Shown here piece after piece: positions 38,590 through 48,611 of a stretch of DNA of 64,000 nt. The stretch lies in NCBI GenBank assembly GCA_965208125.1, contig OZ242320.1:3712001-3776000 (forward strand), in the 5' to 3' direction. Each line of letters starts with the position of its first letter. Within the stretch, counting starts at the first letter, position 1. The stretch comes from Candidatus Latescibacterota bacterium. Its GTDB lineage: Bacteria > Latescibacterota > UBA2968. Under the pieces are notes generated by a model. It did not search any database. It was not told the DNA's origin and saw only the letters and a program-made list of their open reading frames with translations. The position numbers and the translations under genes were made by a program.

Positions 38590-39978
38590 ATGCAAACGCG
38601 CCGCGATTTTTTATGTACTACCTTCACGAGTACTGCTGTACTCGCCACAAGTGCTTTTCCCTCATCGCTTTTCGCACAACAAAAACCCAATGTGCTCTTT
38701 ATTGCAGTGGATGATCTCAATGATTGGATTGGCTGTCTGGGGGGGCACCCGGATTCTGTAACGCCAAATTTAGATCGTCTGGCGAGTCGTAGTACCTTAT
38801 TTACCCATGCGTATTGCAACGCGCCTGCGTGCAATCCCTCGCGTGGAAGCCTGGTGACGGGTAAATTGCCCACGACAACGGGGGTGTATGAAAATGCCCA
38901 TTCATTCCGACAGCAAGACCCGGATGCCGTGACTCTAATGCAGCATTTTATGGGCAATGGATATTATGTTGCGGGTAGAGGCAAAATTACGCGGCAAGGG
39001 AGACCTGCTGATGTGGTGTCTTATCACGACTATGTTCCCCAGGGACGGGATCCACTGCCTCCCAACCCACCGCTGAATGGTTTTTCACAAAGCCGGTTCG
39101 ATTGGGGACCAATAGATGTGCCAGTGGAAGAAATGGACGATTGGAAAGTGGTGCAGTGGGGCAAGGAGGTGCTGAATAAGAAGCACGACAAACCCTTCTT
39201 TTTAGCCTGTGGTCTCTATCGCCCACACCTGCCGTGGTACGTGCCCCGAAAGTATTTTGATTTGTATCCCCCGGACGAGATCACATTGCCCAATATAGAC
39301 GAAAACGATCTCGACGATGTGCCTCCTATCGGGCGATCATTTGTCGCGCGGCGGGATGATCACAAAAATGTGACTGAGACGGACAATTGGCGGAGGGCTG
39401 TTGCGGGGTATCTCGCCTGTATTCGATTTGCCGATGATATGATCGGGGAATTGTTGGATGCGCTGGACAATAGTTCTTATGCCGATAACACGGTGATTGT
39501 TCTGTGGGGAGATCACGGCTGGCATCTGGGGGAAAAACTCCATTGGCGCAAATTTGCACTTTGGGAAGAGGCCACGCGCGTGCCTCTTATGATTTCAGCA
39601 CCGGGCCTGGCATCTGGACGATGTGACCGCACGGTGAGTCTGGTCGATCTGTATCCAACATTTATTGACGTCTGCGGCTTGCCCCAAAGAGATGGTCTGG
39701 ATGGCGTGAGCTTAAAACCCCTGATGGAGCAGTCCGACCGTGGATGGGATCGTCCTGCGCTGACCACGCATATTCGGGGCAATCACAGTGTGCGCTCTGA
39801 ACGCTGGCGATACATTCGCTATTCAGATGGGACAGAAGAACTCTACGATCACGAGAATGACAGCCTTGAATGGACAAATCTCGCTGGGCAGGCACAGTAC
39901 AAAGACATCATAGCCGCACACGCTGCCTGGATACCCAAAGTGGAAGCACCTACCGCAGAACCTCTGCGCCGCGAGTAG
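38590..39978 (+). CDS. Tat-exported Cys-type sulfatase (iduronate-2-sulfatase-like)
   Basis: TRRDFL Tat motif, AVDDLN, CNPSR, RPHLPW, GDHGWHLGEK. Confidence 0.92.
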   Translation: MQTRRDFLCTTFTSTAVLATSAFPSSLFAQQKPNVLFIAVDDLNDWIGCLGGHPDSVTPNLDRLASRSTLFTHAYCNAPACNPSRGSLVTGKLPTTTGVYENAHSFRQQDPDAVTLMQHFMGNGYYVAGRGKITRQGRPADVVSYHDYVPQGRDPLPPNPPLNGFSQSRFDWGPIDVPVEEMDDWKVVQWGKEVLNKKHDKPFFLACGLYRPHLPWYVPRKYFDLYPPDEITLPNIDENDLDDVPPIGRSFVARRDDHKNVTETDNWRRAVAGYLACIRFADDMIGELLDALDNSSYADNTVIVLWGDHGWHLGEKLHWRKFALWEEATRVPLMISAPGLASGRCDRTVSLVDLYPTFIDVCGLPQRDGLDGVSLKPLMEQSDRGWDRPALTTHIRGNHSVRSERWRYIRYSDGTEELYDHENDSLEWTNLAGQAQYKDIIAAHAAWIPKVEAPTAEPLRRE

Positions 39979-40025
39979 GGATTAATCGGTGGACAATTCC
40001 TCCCAAAATCCGGAGAAAATCCGTC

Positions 40026-41276
40026 ATGAAAATCGCAAACGCAACCCGTTTTAGCCTCAATATTCCCTTTTACTGCAAACGGGTCGAACGCGCCATGCAC
40101 CGCGCTCAGACTCACGACGAACGGGTCTATCTCTACCGCATTGAAACCGACGAGGGCATCGTGGGCTATGGAGATAGCCTGTCTGTTAGTGATGTACATA
40201 CACTGGTCGGTCAGAACCCCTTCCAGATCATGCACAACGACGCCATTGGCTTTGGCCCACAGCTCGCTGTTCTGGACGCTGTTGGAAAGGCCGCTGATGT
40301 GCCCGTCCATGCCTTGCTCGGCACCAAATTGCGCGACCGATGCCCCATCTCCTGGTGGGACATTGACATGTCACCTGCCGATTGGGTCGCAGAGGCCAGA
40401 GAATCTCTCAAACGCGGGTACACTTCCTTCAAAATGAAAGCCCGCCCCTGGCGAGACATCCTCTATCAGGTCGAAGCCATTGGCAAAGTCGTACCCGCAG
40501 ATTACAAATTCGATATAGATTTCAACGGCTTTCTGCTCAACCAGGCAAAAGCGGAGATTATCCTTCAGCAACTCGACAATCACCCCAATGTCGGCATCTA
40601 CGAAAGTCCCTTCTACCTTTATGGCGATCTCACCGGCGCGCGAATTCTTCGTGAACGCGTATGCAAACCCGTCGTCGAACACTTCAGGGAAGAGTATTTG
40701 CACGCCCACGCCTGCGATGGCTTTGTCATTGGCGACGGTGTCACAGAAGTTCGCCGGCAGGCCGCACTCGCCGAGGCTTTCAACAAACCCTTCTGGTTAC
40801 AAATGGTCGGCACTGGAATTACCACTGCCTTCGCCGTACATCTCGGCTCTGTTCTTTCTCACGCTCAGTTGCCCTATATTACCTGCCACGAACTCTGGAA
40901 ACACGATTTGCTCAAAAAACGCCTCGACGTGATCGACGGTCACATCCAGGTCTCCGATGCTCCGGGCCTGGGCATTGAAGTCGATGAAAAAGCTGTCGAA
41001 AAATATACGGTTGATCCCGACACACCCACACCTAAAAGGCTCTACCGCCGCAAAAAACGCATCCTGCGCATCTCGTGGCCCGGTGCGGGCAAACAGAAAC
41101 GCATCTGGGAATTTACCGATGAAGCCATCTACCAGAAGACCTTCTACGCAGGTAGCATCCCCGGATTTGAACGCGGTGTTACCCTGGAAGTTATCGAAGA
41201 CGACGATAGCGCGACTTTTAAAAAAGCCCATGCCACGCTGGCAAAACGCGAGGCAGCTATACCTGCCCTGATGTGA
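40026..41276 (+). CDS. Mandelate racemase/muconate lactonizing enzyme family protein
   Basis: ETDEGIVGYG, KMK, DFN, ESP, PGLGIEVDE; C-terminal extension. Confidence 0.85.
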   Translation: MKIANATRFSLNIPFYCKRVERAMHRAQTHDERVYLYRIETDEGIVGYGDSLSVSDVHTLVGQNPFQIMHNDAIGFGPQLAVLDAVGKAADVPVHALLGTKLRDRCPISWWDIDMSPADWVAEARESLKRGYTSFKMKARPWRDILYQVEAIGKVVPADYKFDIDFNGFLLNQAKAEIILQQLDNHPNVGIYESPFYLYGDLTGARILRERVCKPVVEHFREEYLHAHACDGFVIGDGVTEVRRQAALAEAFNKPFWLQMVGTGITTAFAVHLGSVLSHAQLPYITCHELWKHDLLKKRLDVIDGHIQVSDAPGLGIEVDEKAVEKYTVDPDTPTPKRLYRRKKRILRISWPGAGKQKRIWEFTDEAIYQKTFYAGSIPGFERGVTLEVIEDDDSATFKKAHATLAKREAAIPALM

Positions 41277-41284
41277 ATTAAAGT

Positions 41285-41335
41285 TAGGAGAACCCATCGA
41301 TGGCATCCGTAACCTTTAAAGGCGTCTTTCCCATC
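41285..41335 (+). repeat. 51-bp direct repeat, copy 1 (RBS plus first 12 codons of the dapA-like gene; abortive 20-aa ORF)
   Basis: Matches 45073-45123 with one mismatch. Confidence 0.9.
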
Positions 41336-41378
41336 GTAAAGGACCACCCTGCCTCTACTTAACTCAGAGGATTCGATC

Positions 41379-42593
41379 ATGAAAATCATCGACATCGACA
41401 TCATCCCCATCTACCCCAAAATCGCCGACCGGAATGCCGATCAGAAAGCCCGGTTTTTTAATATAAACCATCGTACCATTTTTAAAATTACGACTGACAA
41501 TGGCATTGTGGGCTATGGCGATGCACGCTGCGAGGCCCCTCACAAGTCCACTGTAAATCACCTGATCGACCGCGATCCTTTTGACTTTATCAACGCCGAT
41601 CTCAACAGTGGCCTGATGGGCGCACTCTACGATGCCATGGGCAAATACCTTGAAATTCCCGCGTACAAACTCATGGGTCAGAAAATACGCGACCGTGTAC
41701 CCGTAGCTGCCTGGACCCGCCCTGCCTCCCCGGAAGATCTGGCCAAAGAAGTTCAGCGAGCCGTGGAAGAAGGGTATATGATCTTTAAAATCCACACCTG
41801 CGCCTATTACGATGTGTACGAACAAACCAGAGCCGTTGAGGAGGTTGCTCCGCCCGGTTTCAAAATGCATTACGACTTCAATCACAATCGGCCGCTTGCC
41901 GCTGTCCTGCGCATCTTGCAGGAACTGGAGAAGTCCCCCGTCGTAGGTATGATCGAAGATCCCCTGGTCTTATCCGATGTCGAAGGCTGGCGCCTTCTGA
42001 GGGAGAAAACCAGTTTGCCGTTGCTCATGCATGTCCCTCAACTCGGCGGAGGTCAGGAGATTATCCGCGGTTGCGCCGATGCCTACATGATCGGCGAAGG
42101 CGGCATTGGCTCTACCCTCGTGCGTGGATTTGCTGCTGCCCTGGCCAATGTCTCCTCTGTCATCCAGCTCACAGGCGGTACCCTCACCAAAGCCATGGCT
42201 CTGCATATGGGCGCCGTAATTCCCAACGTGGCTCATTCTACCAACCTGGACGACCAGTACGGTGAAGACGTTGTCAAACAGCGCATCGAAGTCGCAAGCG
42301 GTTCCTCTCCGGTACCCGAAGGCCCCGGCCTCGGCGTAGAAGTCGACGAAGACGCGCTGGCCAGATGCGCCGCCAACAAACCCACTGTTATTCCCCCCAC
42401 TATTTGCATCCTGCATCTACCCGAAGGCCCCAAGCTCTATACCAGAGGATTCCCAAACGTTGCTCGCCTCACTGGTTTCCCCGAAGGCAACATCCGGGGC
42501 ATTCGCCTGGATGTCTGGGAAGACGACGATTCCGACAAGTTCAAGCAAACTCTGCAACGCATCGAACAGCAGGGTCCGTTTATGGAAAAATAG
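41379..42593 (+). CDS. Mandelate racemase/muconate lactonizing enzyme family protein (paralogue 2)
   Basis: TTDNGIVGYG, KIH, DFN, EDP, GPGLGVEVDE. Confidence 0.85.
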   Translation: MKIIDIDIIPIYPKIADRNADQKARFFNINHRTIFKITTDNGIVGYGDARCEAPHKSTVNHLIDRDPFDFINADLNSGLMGALYDAMGKYLEIPAYKLMGQKIRDRVPVAAWTRPASPEDLAKEVQRAVEEGYMIFKIHTCAYYDVYEQTRAVEEVAPPGFKMHYDFNHNRPLAAVLRILQELEKSPVVGMIEDPLVLSDVEGWRLLREKTSLPLLMHVPQLGGGQEIIRGCADAYMIGEGGIGSTLVRGFAAALANVSSVIQLTGGTLTKAMALHMGAVIPNVAHSTNLDDQYGEDVVKQRIEVASGSSPVPEGPGLGVEVDEDALARCAANKPTVIPPTICILHLPEGPKLYTRGFPNVARLTGFPEGNIRGIRLDVWEDDDSDKFKQTLQRIEQQGPFMEK

Positions 42594-42633
42594 ATGTTCT
42601 GTGTGGCGTAAACTTTCTATCAGGTCTTTTCTT

Positions 42634-43392
42634 ATGCACACCAGCACCCTCTTAATCTCTCAGGACTTTGAATACTGGCAATCTGGCGAAAACGGCCTCA
42701 CTCGCGTCGATTTTGAGACCTTCTGTCCGGACTACCACGAATTGGACCGCGCGGGTGTCATATCTCCCCATCTCGAAGATGGCATACTGTACGCCGGATA
42801 TGCACTTCTGGCACTGACCACTGCCTTTTACGATATCTGGCGCGCTCGCACGGATGATTTTTTTATCTATCCCCAGCACTTTGCCCTCCTGGACATCACC
42901 AGAGAAGGCGTCAATACCGGATGCGGGCGCCTGCCACTTGAAAAAAATACACTGGGCGGTCCCTGGGGCAACTTAGACGTCTGGCCCAACTCAAAATGGA
43001 TTTCCGCCCACGGTAGCGTTTCCGGCATGCTCAAGAAAGCGTTTGACCTTCAGATCAACCGCCTATTCTGGCCCGAAGCCTTTCGCCCAAACCGCGAAGA
43101 AAAATTTCTACCTGCTTATGCGGTCAAAATGCTCCGTACCCATTTGAAAGCAGTCTATTATTACAACACCTCCGAACCCAATATCGAAATCCATACCGCT
43201 CAAAACGTGCAAGATCTCTTTCAGACGAGCCTCAATAGACTGTCCGACATAGACGGCCTATCAATACAACACTCTCTTCAGAGACATGTTCTCGAAAACC
43301 CACAGACCGATCATCGTTACATCGAACAGTATCGCAAAGTAGATCTGGATCATTTTCTCAACGACATGGCAGATTGCTTTGAAAATGCCTGA
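42634..43392 (+). CDS. Hypothetical protein
   Basis: A 252-aa ORF that fills the operon gap on the same strand; no motif recognised. Confidence 0.65.
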   Translation: MHTSTLLISQDFEYWQSGENGLTRVDFETFCPDYHELDRAGVISPHLEDGILYAGYALLALTTAFYDIWRARTDDFFIYPQHFALLDITREGVNTGCGRLPLEKNTLGGPWGNLDVWPNSKWISAHGSVSGMLKKAFDLQINRLFWPEAFRPNREEKFLPAYAVKMLRTHLKAVYYYNTSEPNIEIHTAQNVQDLFQTSLNRLSDIDGLSIQHSLQRHVLENPQTDHRYIEQYRKVDLDHFLNDMADCFENA

Positions 43393-43416
43393 TCGAGACT
43401 CTCATAATTTTCTCTT

Positions 43417-44787
43417 GTGGGGAATCCTTTGGTCAACGGTCAACTCTTAAACCTGCTAACTGCCCGCGCCGAGTCTAAAAATCCCCTTCGCGTGGGCCTC
43501 ATCGGCGCTGGAAAATTCGGCACCATGTTTCTGGCTCAGGCCCGTCGCGTTGCGGGTCTGCACGTCCTGGGTGTGGCCGATCTATCCCTGCACCGGGCGC
43601 GTGAAGCCCTCACGCGTGCTGAGTGGCCGTCTGAACAATTTGCCGCAATCGACTTTGATCACGCCCTCAAAACCGGTGCCACCTATCTCACCGATGACGG
43701 CGATGCTCTCATCCGGGCGGACGGTCTGGACGTTCTGGTCGAAGCCACTGGCAATCCTCTCGCAGGCATCCACCACGCCCTTCGAGCCATCGAACACGGG
43801 TGCCACCTGGTCATGGTCAATGTCGAAGCAGACGTCCTGGTCGGTCCCCTCCTGGCCCAACGTGCAGCATCCGCTGGCCTCGTGTACACCCTCGCCTATG
43901 GCGATCAACCAGCTCTGATCTGTGAACTGGTTGAATGGGCTGAGACCAATGGCTTCGATATTGTCTGCGCGGGCAAGGGCACCAAATACCGGTCCGCGTA
44001 CCACACATCCACTCCTGATACCGTCTGGGAGCACTACGGTTTCGATGCTGAAACCGCTGCAAAAGGCGGTCTGAACCCCCGTATGTTCAACTCTTTTTTG
44101 GACGGTACAAAATCCGCCATTGAAATGGCCGCTGTCTCAAATGCCACCGGCCTGAATCCTCAGCCCGAAGGCCTGAAATTCCCGCCCTGCGGCATCGACC
44201 AATTGCCCGATATTTGCCGGCCTCATAGCGACGGGGGGCAACTTTCCCACAAAGGTACCGTCGAAGTCGTCTCCAGCCTGCAACCAGACGGAACCCCTGT
44301 AGATAGAGATCTGCGCTGGGGTGTTTACGTCACTATTGAAGCCCCTGGCGACTACATCCGCCGCTGCTTCTCCGAATACGGCCTTCCCACTGATTCCACT
44401 GGACGTTACACGGCCATCTACCGCCCTTACCACCTGGTTGGCATGGAACTCACCACCAGCGTCTTGCGCGCTGGCTTGCGCGGCGAAGCCAGCGGCGCGC
44501 CCGTTGTTTTTCATGCAGACGTTGTCGCCACTGCAAAACGCGATCTTTCCGAAGGAGAAGTCCTGGACGGCGAAGGCGGCTACCGCGTTTACGGCAAACT
44601 CATGCCGGCTGGTCAGGCTCGCATATCCAATACCCTGCCCATTGGCCTGGCCCACGATCTCAAGCTAAAACACAAAATCGCCGCGGGGCAACCCATACAC
44701 CAATCCGACGTCGAATTTGACAAAGACAACGCCATTCTCCGCCTCCGCCGGGAAATGGTACAATGCTTTGTGGAAAGGAGCGAATAA
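43417..44787 (+). CDS. NAD(P)-dependent oxidoreductase with C-terminal SAF domain (COG4091-like)
   Basis: GLIGAGKFG, VNVEAD, GDQP, DGTKSAIEM, AKRDL..GEVLDGEGG. Confidence 0.85.
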   Translation: MGNPLVNGQLLNLLTARAESKNPLRVGLIGAGKFGTMFLAQARRVAGLHVLGVADLSLHRAREALTRAEWPSEQFAAIDFDHALKTGATYLTDDGDALIRADGLDVLVEATGNPLAGIHHALRAIEHGCHLVMVNVEADVLVGPLLAQRAASAGLVYTLAYGDQPALICELVEWAETNGFDIVCAGKGTKYRSAYHTSTPDTVWEHYGFDAETAAKGGLNPRMFNSFLDGTKSAIEMAAVSNATGLNPQPEGLKFPPCGIDQLPDICRPHSDGGQLSHKGTVEVVSSLQPDGTPVDRDLRWGVYVTIEAPGDYIRRCFSEYGLPTDSTGRYTAIYRPYHLVGMELTTSVLRAGLRGEASGAPVVFHADVVATAKRDLSEGEVLDGEGGYRVYGKLMPAGQARISNTLPIGLAHDLKLKHKIAAGQPIHQSDVEFDKDNAILRLRREMVQCFVERSE

Positions 44788-45107
44788 TGAACAATGAACA
44801 ATCGCTTTTGCCACCGAAAATTTCATTTTTTGAAAAACGATTGACAATAATTCTTGCTCGGGATGATGCGATGGTATGCGCTTTCTGTCCTGAATTGGAT
44901 TTGGTGACTGAAATGGCAACGCCCGATGAAGCACTGGAAGATATGCTGGAAGCCATGCAGGATTATGCTGAGGAATATTTAGAGGACTTAGAAATTTATC
45001 AAAACAGTCCCAATCGCGCCCATCATTTACCTTATATCCAGGCTATTGCTGCATGTAAAGATGTCTGGGATATAGGAGAACCCATCGATGGCATCCGTAA
45101 CCTTTAA
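44787..45107 (+). CDS. HicB-like antitoxin-fold protein, possibly truncated at the 3' end
   Basis: AFCPELDLVTEMATPDEALEDMLEAM pattern; AT-richer; last codons come from the direct repeat. Confidence 0.55.
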   Translation: MNNEQSLLPPKISFFEKRLTIILARDDAMVCAFCPELDLVTEMATPDEALEDMLEAMQDYAEEYLEDLEIYQNSPNRAHHLPYIQAIAACKDVWDIGEPIDGIRNL

Positions 45108-45123
45108 AGGTGTCTTTCCCATC
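45073..45123 (+). repeat. 51-bp direct repeat, copy 2
   Basis: taggagaacccatcgatggcatccgtaacctttaaaggtgtctttcccatc. Confidence 0.9.
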
Positions 45124-46008
45124 CTCGTCACTCCATTCGATAACCAGGGCAACCTCGATCTGGAATCCTTTGATCGAACGGTACGCTTTATGGCGGATAT
45201 CGGTGTAAATGGCGTTACTATCATTGGTGTACTCGGCGAATCCAACCGAATGCTGGATGTCGAACGGGAACAGCTTATAAAAACCGCTGTGGGCGCTGCA
45301 GGCGGGCGCATCCCCGTTATCGCGGGCACGAGCTACAGCGGCACACGGGCGACCCTTGAACTCAGCCGGATGGCCGAATCTCTCGGCGCTGCCGGTGTGA
45401 TGGTTACCCCCTCGCGGGAATCCGTGCCCAACGAAGACCGCATTTTCGAATTTTTCCAGCAGGTGGCCGAAGGCATTTCCATTCCCATCGTCGTACAGGA
45501 CCATCCCGCCTCCACCCAGGTCCACATGTCTGTCTCCCTCATTCTGCGTCTCGTCCGCGAAATTCCGCTCGTCGCCTGTATTAAAGAAGAGGCCGTGCCC
45601 ACCCCGCCCAGGATTACCGCCCTCTTGAACGGCATTGGAGACCGTGCGGTCACCATTCTCACTGGCCTCGGCGCTCTCTACGGCGCCTTTGATCTTGCCC
45701 GCGGCGCTCACGGTTTTATGACCGGCTTTGCCTTTCCCGAAGTTCTGCTCGCCCTGGTTCGGAGTGCTGAAAATAAAGACTTTGACACCGTACACGACAT
45801 CTATCACCGATATTTGCCGCTCATCGTGTACGAACAGCAGCCGGGGGTGGCTATCCGCAAAGAGATCTTCCGCCTGCGCGGCCTGATCGCCAGTAGCTAC
45901 GTGCGCCATCCCGGCGCACATATCGACCCAACCACTTCCGGCCATTTGAAATCACTCTTGCACAAAATGCTGCCCAGCGTGGATATTACGAGACCTATCG
46001 AAGTGTGA
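45088..46008 (+). CDS. DapA/NanA family class I aldolase-like protein
   Basis: GVFPILVTPF, GVLGE, VIAG, VQD, IKEE. Confidence 0.87.
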   Translation: MASVTFKGVFPILVTPFDNQGNLDLESFDRTVRFMADIGVNGVTIIGVLGESNRMLDVEREQLIKTAVGAAGGRIPVIAGTSYSGTRATLELSRMAESLGAAGVMVTPSRESVPNEDRIFEFFQQVAEGISIPIVVQDHPASTQVHMSVSLILRLVREIPLVACIKEEAVPTPPRITALLNGIGDRAVTILTGLGALYGAFDLARGAHGFMTGFAFPEVLLALVRSAENKDFDTVHDIYHRYLPLIVYEQQPGVAIRKEIFRLRGLIASSYVRHPGAHIDPTTSGHLKSLLHKMLPSVDITRPIEV

Positions 46009-46012
46009 GACG

Positions 46013-46054
46013 AAAACCCCCCGATAGTGAGTGCAAAGCTATCGGGGGGTTTTT
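46013..46054. terminator. Bidirectional intrinsic terminator
   Basis: aaaaccccccgatag...ctatcggggggttttt. Confidence 0.85.
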
Positions 46055-46091
46055 GTAATCTATTAAGTATGCGGAATAAACGGTTTGCCGT

Positions 46092-47651
46092 TCAACAGTG
46101 GTTTGTAATGCGTTGATCCTTGTGGCGCAAATTTTCGGTCTTAAATCCGTGCAACTTGGTAAAATCAAGTGGATCGATAAATTCAAACGCACTCCTGAAT
46201 GAATCTAAGAGTTTTTTAGCCACATTGCGCGTTAAATTGCTTTTTACCACGATGCGGAACATAGATGTCTTGCCCGCTTGATCGTAAAATAAGGGCAAAA
46301 TTTCTCTGCTTAAGGGATGCTCGTATTGCATTCTATAGCCACTTACATACCAACGGTATTGAGACAAAACGTGCTGCAAGTCAATATCGTCGTAGCTGAT
46401 ATCGCAGTCTGGATTCAGCTTGGCTGTGACAACGGGTAAACATTCTGTATCTCCGTCGTCGAGGATCGTGAACCTCGGCTTCCCCCGGTATGTCATGGCT
46501 TTGAGACCATCGCGCAAGAATTTTGCGTTTTGCATCAGGTTGTCGCAACATTGTTGGTATCCACTCAAGCCCTGCCGTATCAGTTGGTAATACTGGACGT
46601 AAACCCCACTGGCGGGTCTGGAAAAATTGAGGGTATAGGAATCCGCATTGCCACCGAGATAGGTCACTGAAATTGCGACATGCTCGCTCAAGTCTTTGCG
46701 TTGTCGCCACACGATCCAACCCGTGCCACAACACGATTCTCCGTATTTGTGACCGCTGGTAGATATGGACAACACATTATTCAGGCGAAAATCCCACGGA
46801 CGCAGATTTGGCTGAAATGGTGCAATAAACCCGCCCGATGCAGCATCTACGTGGATACCGACCTGATATCCCTTGGCTGCGTTGACTTCTTCAACCACCT
46901 CATTGACTTGTTCAACAGGATCGTAGTGACCGCTGTAGTGATTTCCCATAATACACACTACACCCATCGTATGTTCGTCAATCGCTTCGCGCACTTTTTC
47001 TGGGTCCAGAGTAAAGGTATCTACAGATGGCTGAATGAGGCGTGGCTCAATATCCATGTACTTAAACAGTTTTTCCCAGGCAGCCTGAAAGCAAGTGGAA
47101 ATAACAAGATTGGGTCTGGTGCCCAGCACATCGTTGTCCGTTAAGTTTTTGCGCTTAGCATACCAGGCTCGCCAGCGGAATTTGAGGGCAAGCCCGGCCA
47201 ACAAACACGCTTCAGTTGAACCAACGGTACCCGCACCTGCATACACGCCATAGTCATCAAAATCGTCGGGTTTTGGACAATGCCATAGGTTGGCAATCAT
47301 ATTGACAGCAGTATCGTGCAATTTGTACGAATTGGGATAGACCGTCTGGTCTGCCATATTGACGTGGAGGCCGAGCAAGGCGATATCTCTTTCTTCTTTT
47401 TCCAAAAAGACATTGACATAAGACGATGTGTTAAACCGGTAGTCGAAATCGAGTCCATTGACGCTCTCAATAATGATTTGCGCCGCTTCTGGAGTAATGC
47501 CGTGTTGCGGGATATGTGTGATATCCAACCAATTTTTTTGTGCCGCATCCGAATAGTAGTAATTCTGGGAAAGTTGGTTGCGCGATTTGAGCGCTTTTAC
47601 CTGTGTACGCAGACGATCAATTTCTTGCTGCATAAGTTCGGTTTCAGACAT
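46092..47651 (-). CDS. Glutamate decarboxylase (PLP-dependent, group II)
   Basis: GTVGSTEA, AWEK, IHVDAASGGF, WDFRL, STSGHKYG, YTLNFSR. Confidence 0.85.
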   Translation of the reverse strand: MSETELMQQEIDRLRTQVKALKSRNQLSQNYYYSDAAQKNWLDITHIPQHGITPEAAQIIIESVNGLDFDYRFNTSSYVNVFLEKEERDIALLGLHVNMADQTVYPNSYKLHDTAVNMIANLWHCPKPDDFDDYGVYAGAGTVGSTEACLLAGLALKFRWRAWYAKRKNLTDNDVLGTRPNLVISTCFQAAWEKLFKYMDIEPRLIQPSVDTFTLDPEKVREAIDEHTMGVVCIMGNHYSGHYDPVEQVNEVVEEVNAAKGYQVGIHVDAASGGFIAPFQPNLRPWDFRLNNVLSISTSGHKYGESCCGTGWIVWRQRKDLSEHVAISVTYLGGNADSYTLNFSRPASGVYVQYYQLIRQGLSGYQQCCDNLMQNAKFLRDGLKAMTYRGKPRFTILDDGDTECLPVVTAKLNPDCDISYDDIDLQHVLSQYRWYVSGYRMQYEHPLSREILPLFYDQAGKTSMFRIVVKSNLTRNVAKKLLDSFRSAFEFIDPLDFTKLHGFKTENLRHKDQRITNHC

Positions 47652-47681
47652 ATTGCCTCCGAAAAAATGTCGCATTTCTAC

Positions 47682-48581
47682 CTACGACGCCTCTGTGCGG
47701 AATAGAGGGTGAAGTTTTGCGAGGATGGCGTCGAGTTCGCGGTTGTCGTCGTCGTCCATTTTGGTGCTGCCTGGCGCGCGCATGCCGCTCGTTTTGAAGA
47801 TGCCCCGGCGAATGAGTACTTCTTTGGCAAGGCGGAGACCGAGGATCTGGATCAGGTTGGTGAGTGGAAGGAGTTGATCGAAAAGGTCGCGTGCTTTGTC
47901 TTCATCGCCTGCTTGAAAGGCATCCCATATGTCAACGTGAATATCGACAACCGGGGCACCGGGCATAAAGCCGCTGGCGCCTCGTCGCATTTCTGAGATC
48001 ATCCAGCGGCACCACGCCCCACCAAAAACGCCCTGGCAGTGATCCCCTGCTTCGGCGACAATGGCACTGATGTGATGTGCGCTGGGATTGGCTTCTTCTT
48101 TGACGTAGATGAGGTGCTCGACTTCGGTGAGTAGGCGAACGAGTGCGGGAGGTTGCATGCCAGCACCTGCATTCTGGATGAAAATGGGCAATTGTCCCGC
48201 GCTGGAAATGGCCTCGAAGTAGCGGAGGTTTTCGTCGGGTCCACCGCTACCCATATAGGGTGGCATGGCGATGACAGCATCGGCTCCTACGCGCCCGGCA
48301 TGGGCGGCGTGTTCGGTGGCTGTGGAGATATTGGTGCCGGCCACACCGGCGATGACAGGGATGCGTTTGTCGGTTTTTTTGACGACGATTTCGACGAGGG
48401 TTTGCCGCTCCCGGTCGGAGAGATATTGAAATTCACCTCCGAGTACGGGAAAGACCAGGCCACCTGCACCAGCGGCGATGCAGAAGTCGATTTGCCGCTC
48501 AAGGCTTTCGATATCGAAGTCGCCGGATTCGGCAACGGGCGTTTGTAATACGGGCAAGATACCGCGGATGAGATTGCTCAA
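47682..48581 (-). CDS. DapA family aldolase-like protein (paralogue 2)
   Basis: GILPVLQTP, PVLGGE, VIAGV, VKEE. Confidence 0.85.
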   Translation of the reverse strand: MSNLIRGILPVLQTPVAESGDFDIESLERQIDFCIAAGAGGLVFPVLGGEFQYLSDRERQTLVEIVVKKTDKRIPVIAGVAGTNISTATEHAAHAGRVGADAVIAMPPYMGSGGPDENLRYFEAISSAGQLPIFIQNAGAGMQPPALVRLLTEVEHLIYVKEEANPSAHHISAIVAEAGDHCQGVFGGAWCRWMISEMRRGASGFMPGAPVVDIHVDIWDAFQAGDEDKARDLFDQLLPLTNLIQILGLRLAKEVLIRRGIFKTSGMRAPGSTKMDDDDNRELDAILAKLHPLFRTEAS

Positions 48582-48611
48582 GGTGGTCTCCTGTGTTAGA
48601 ATTGCTGGCTG

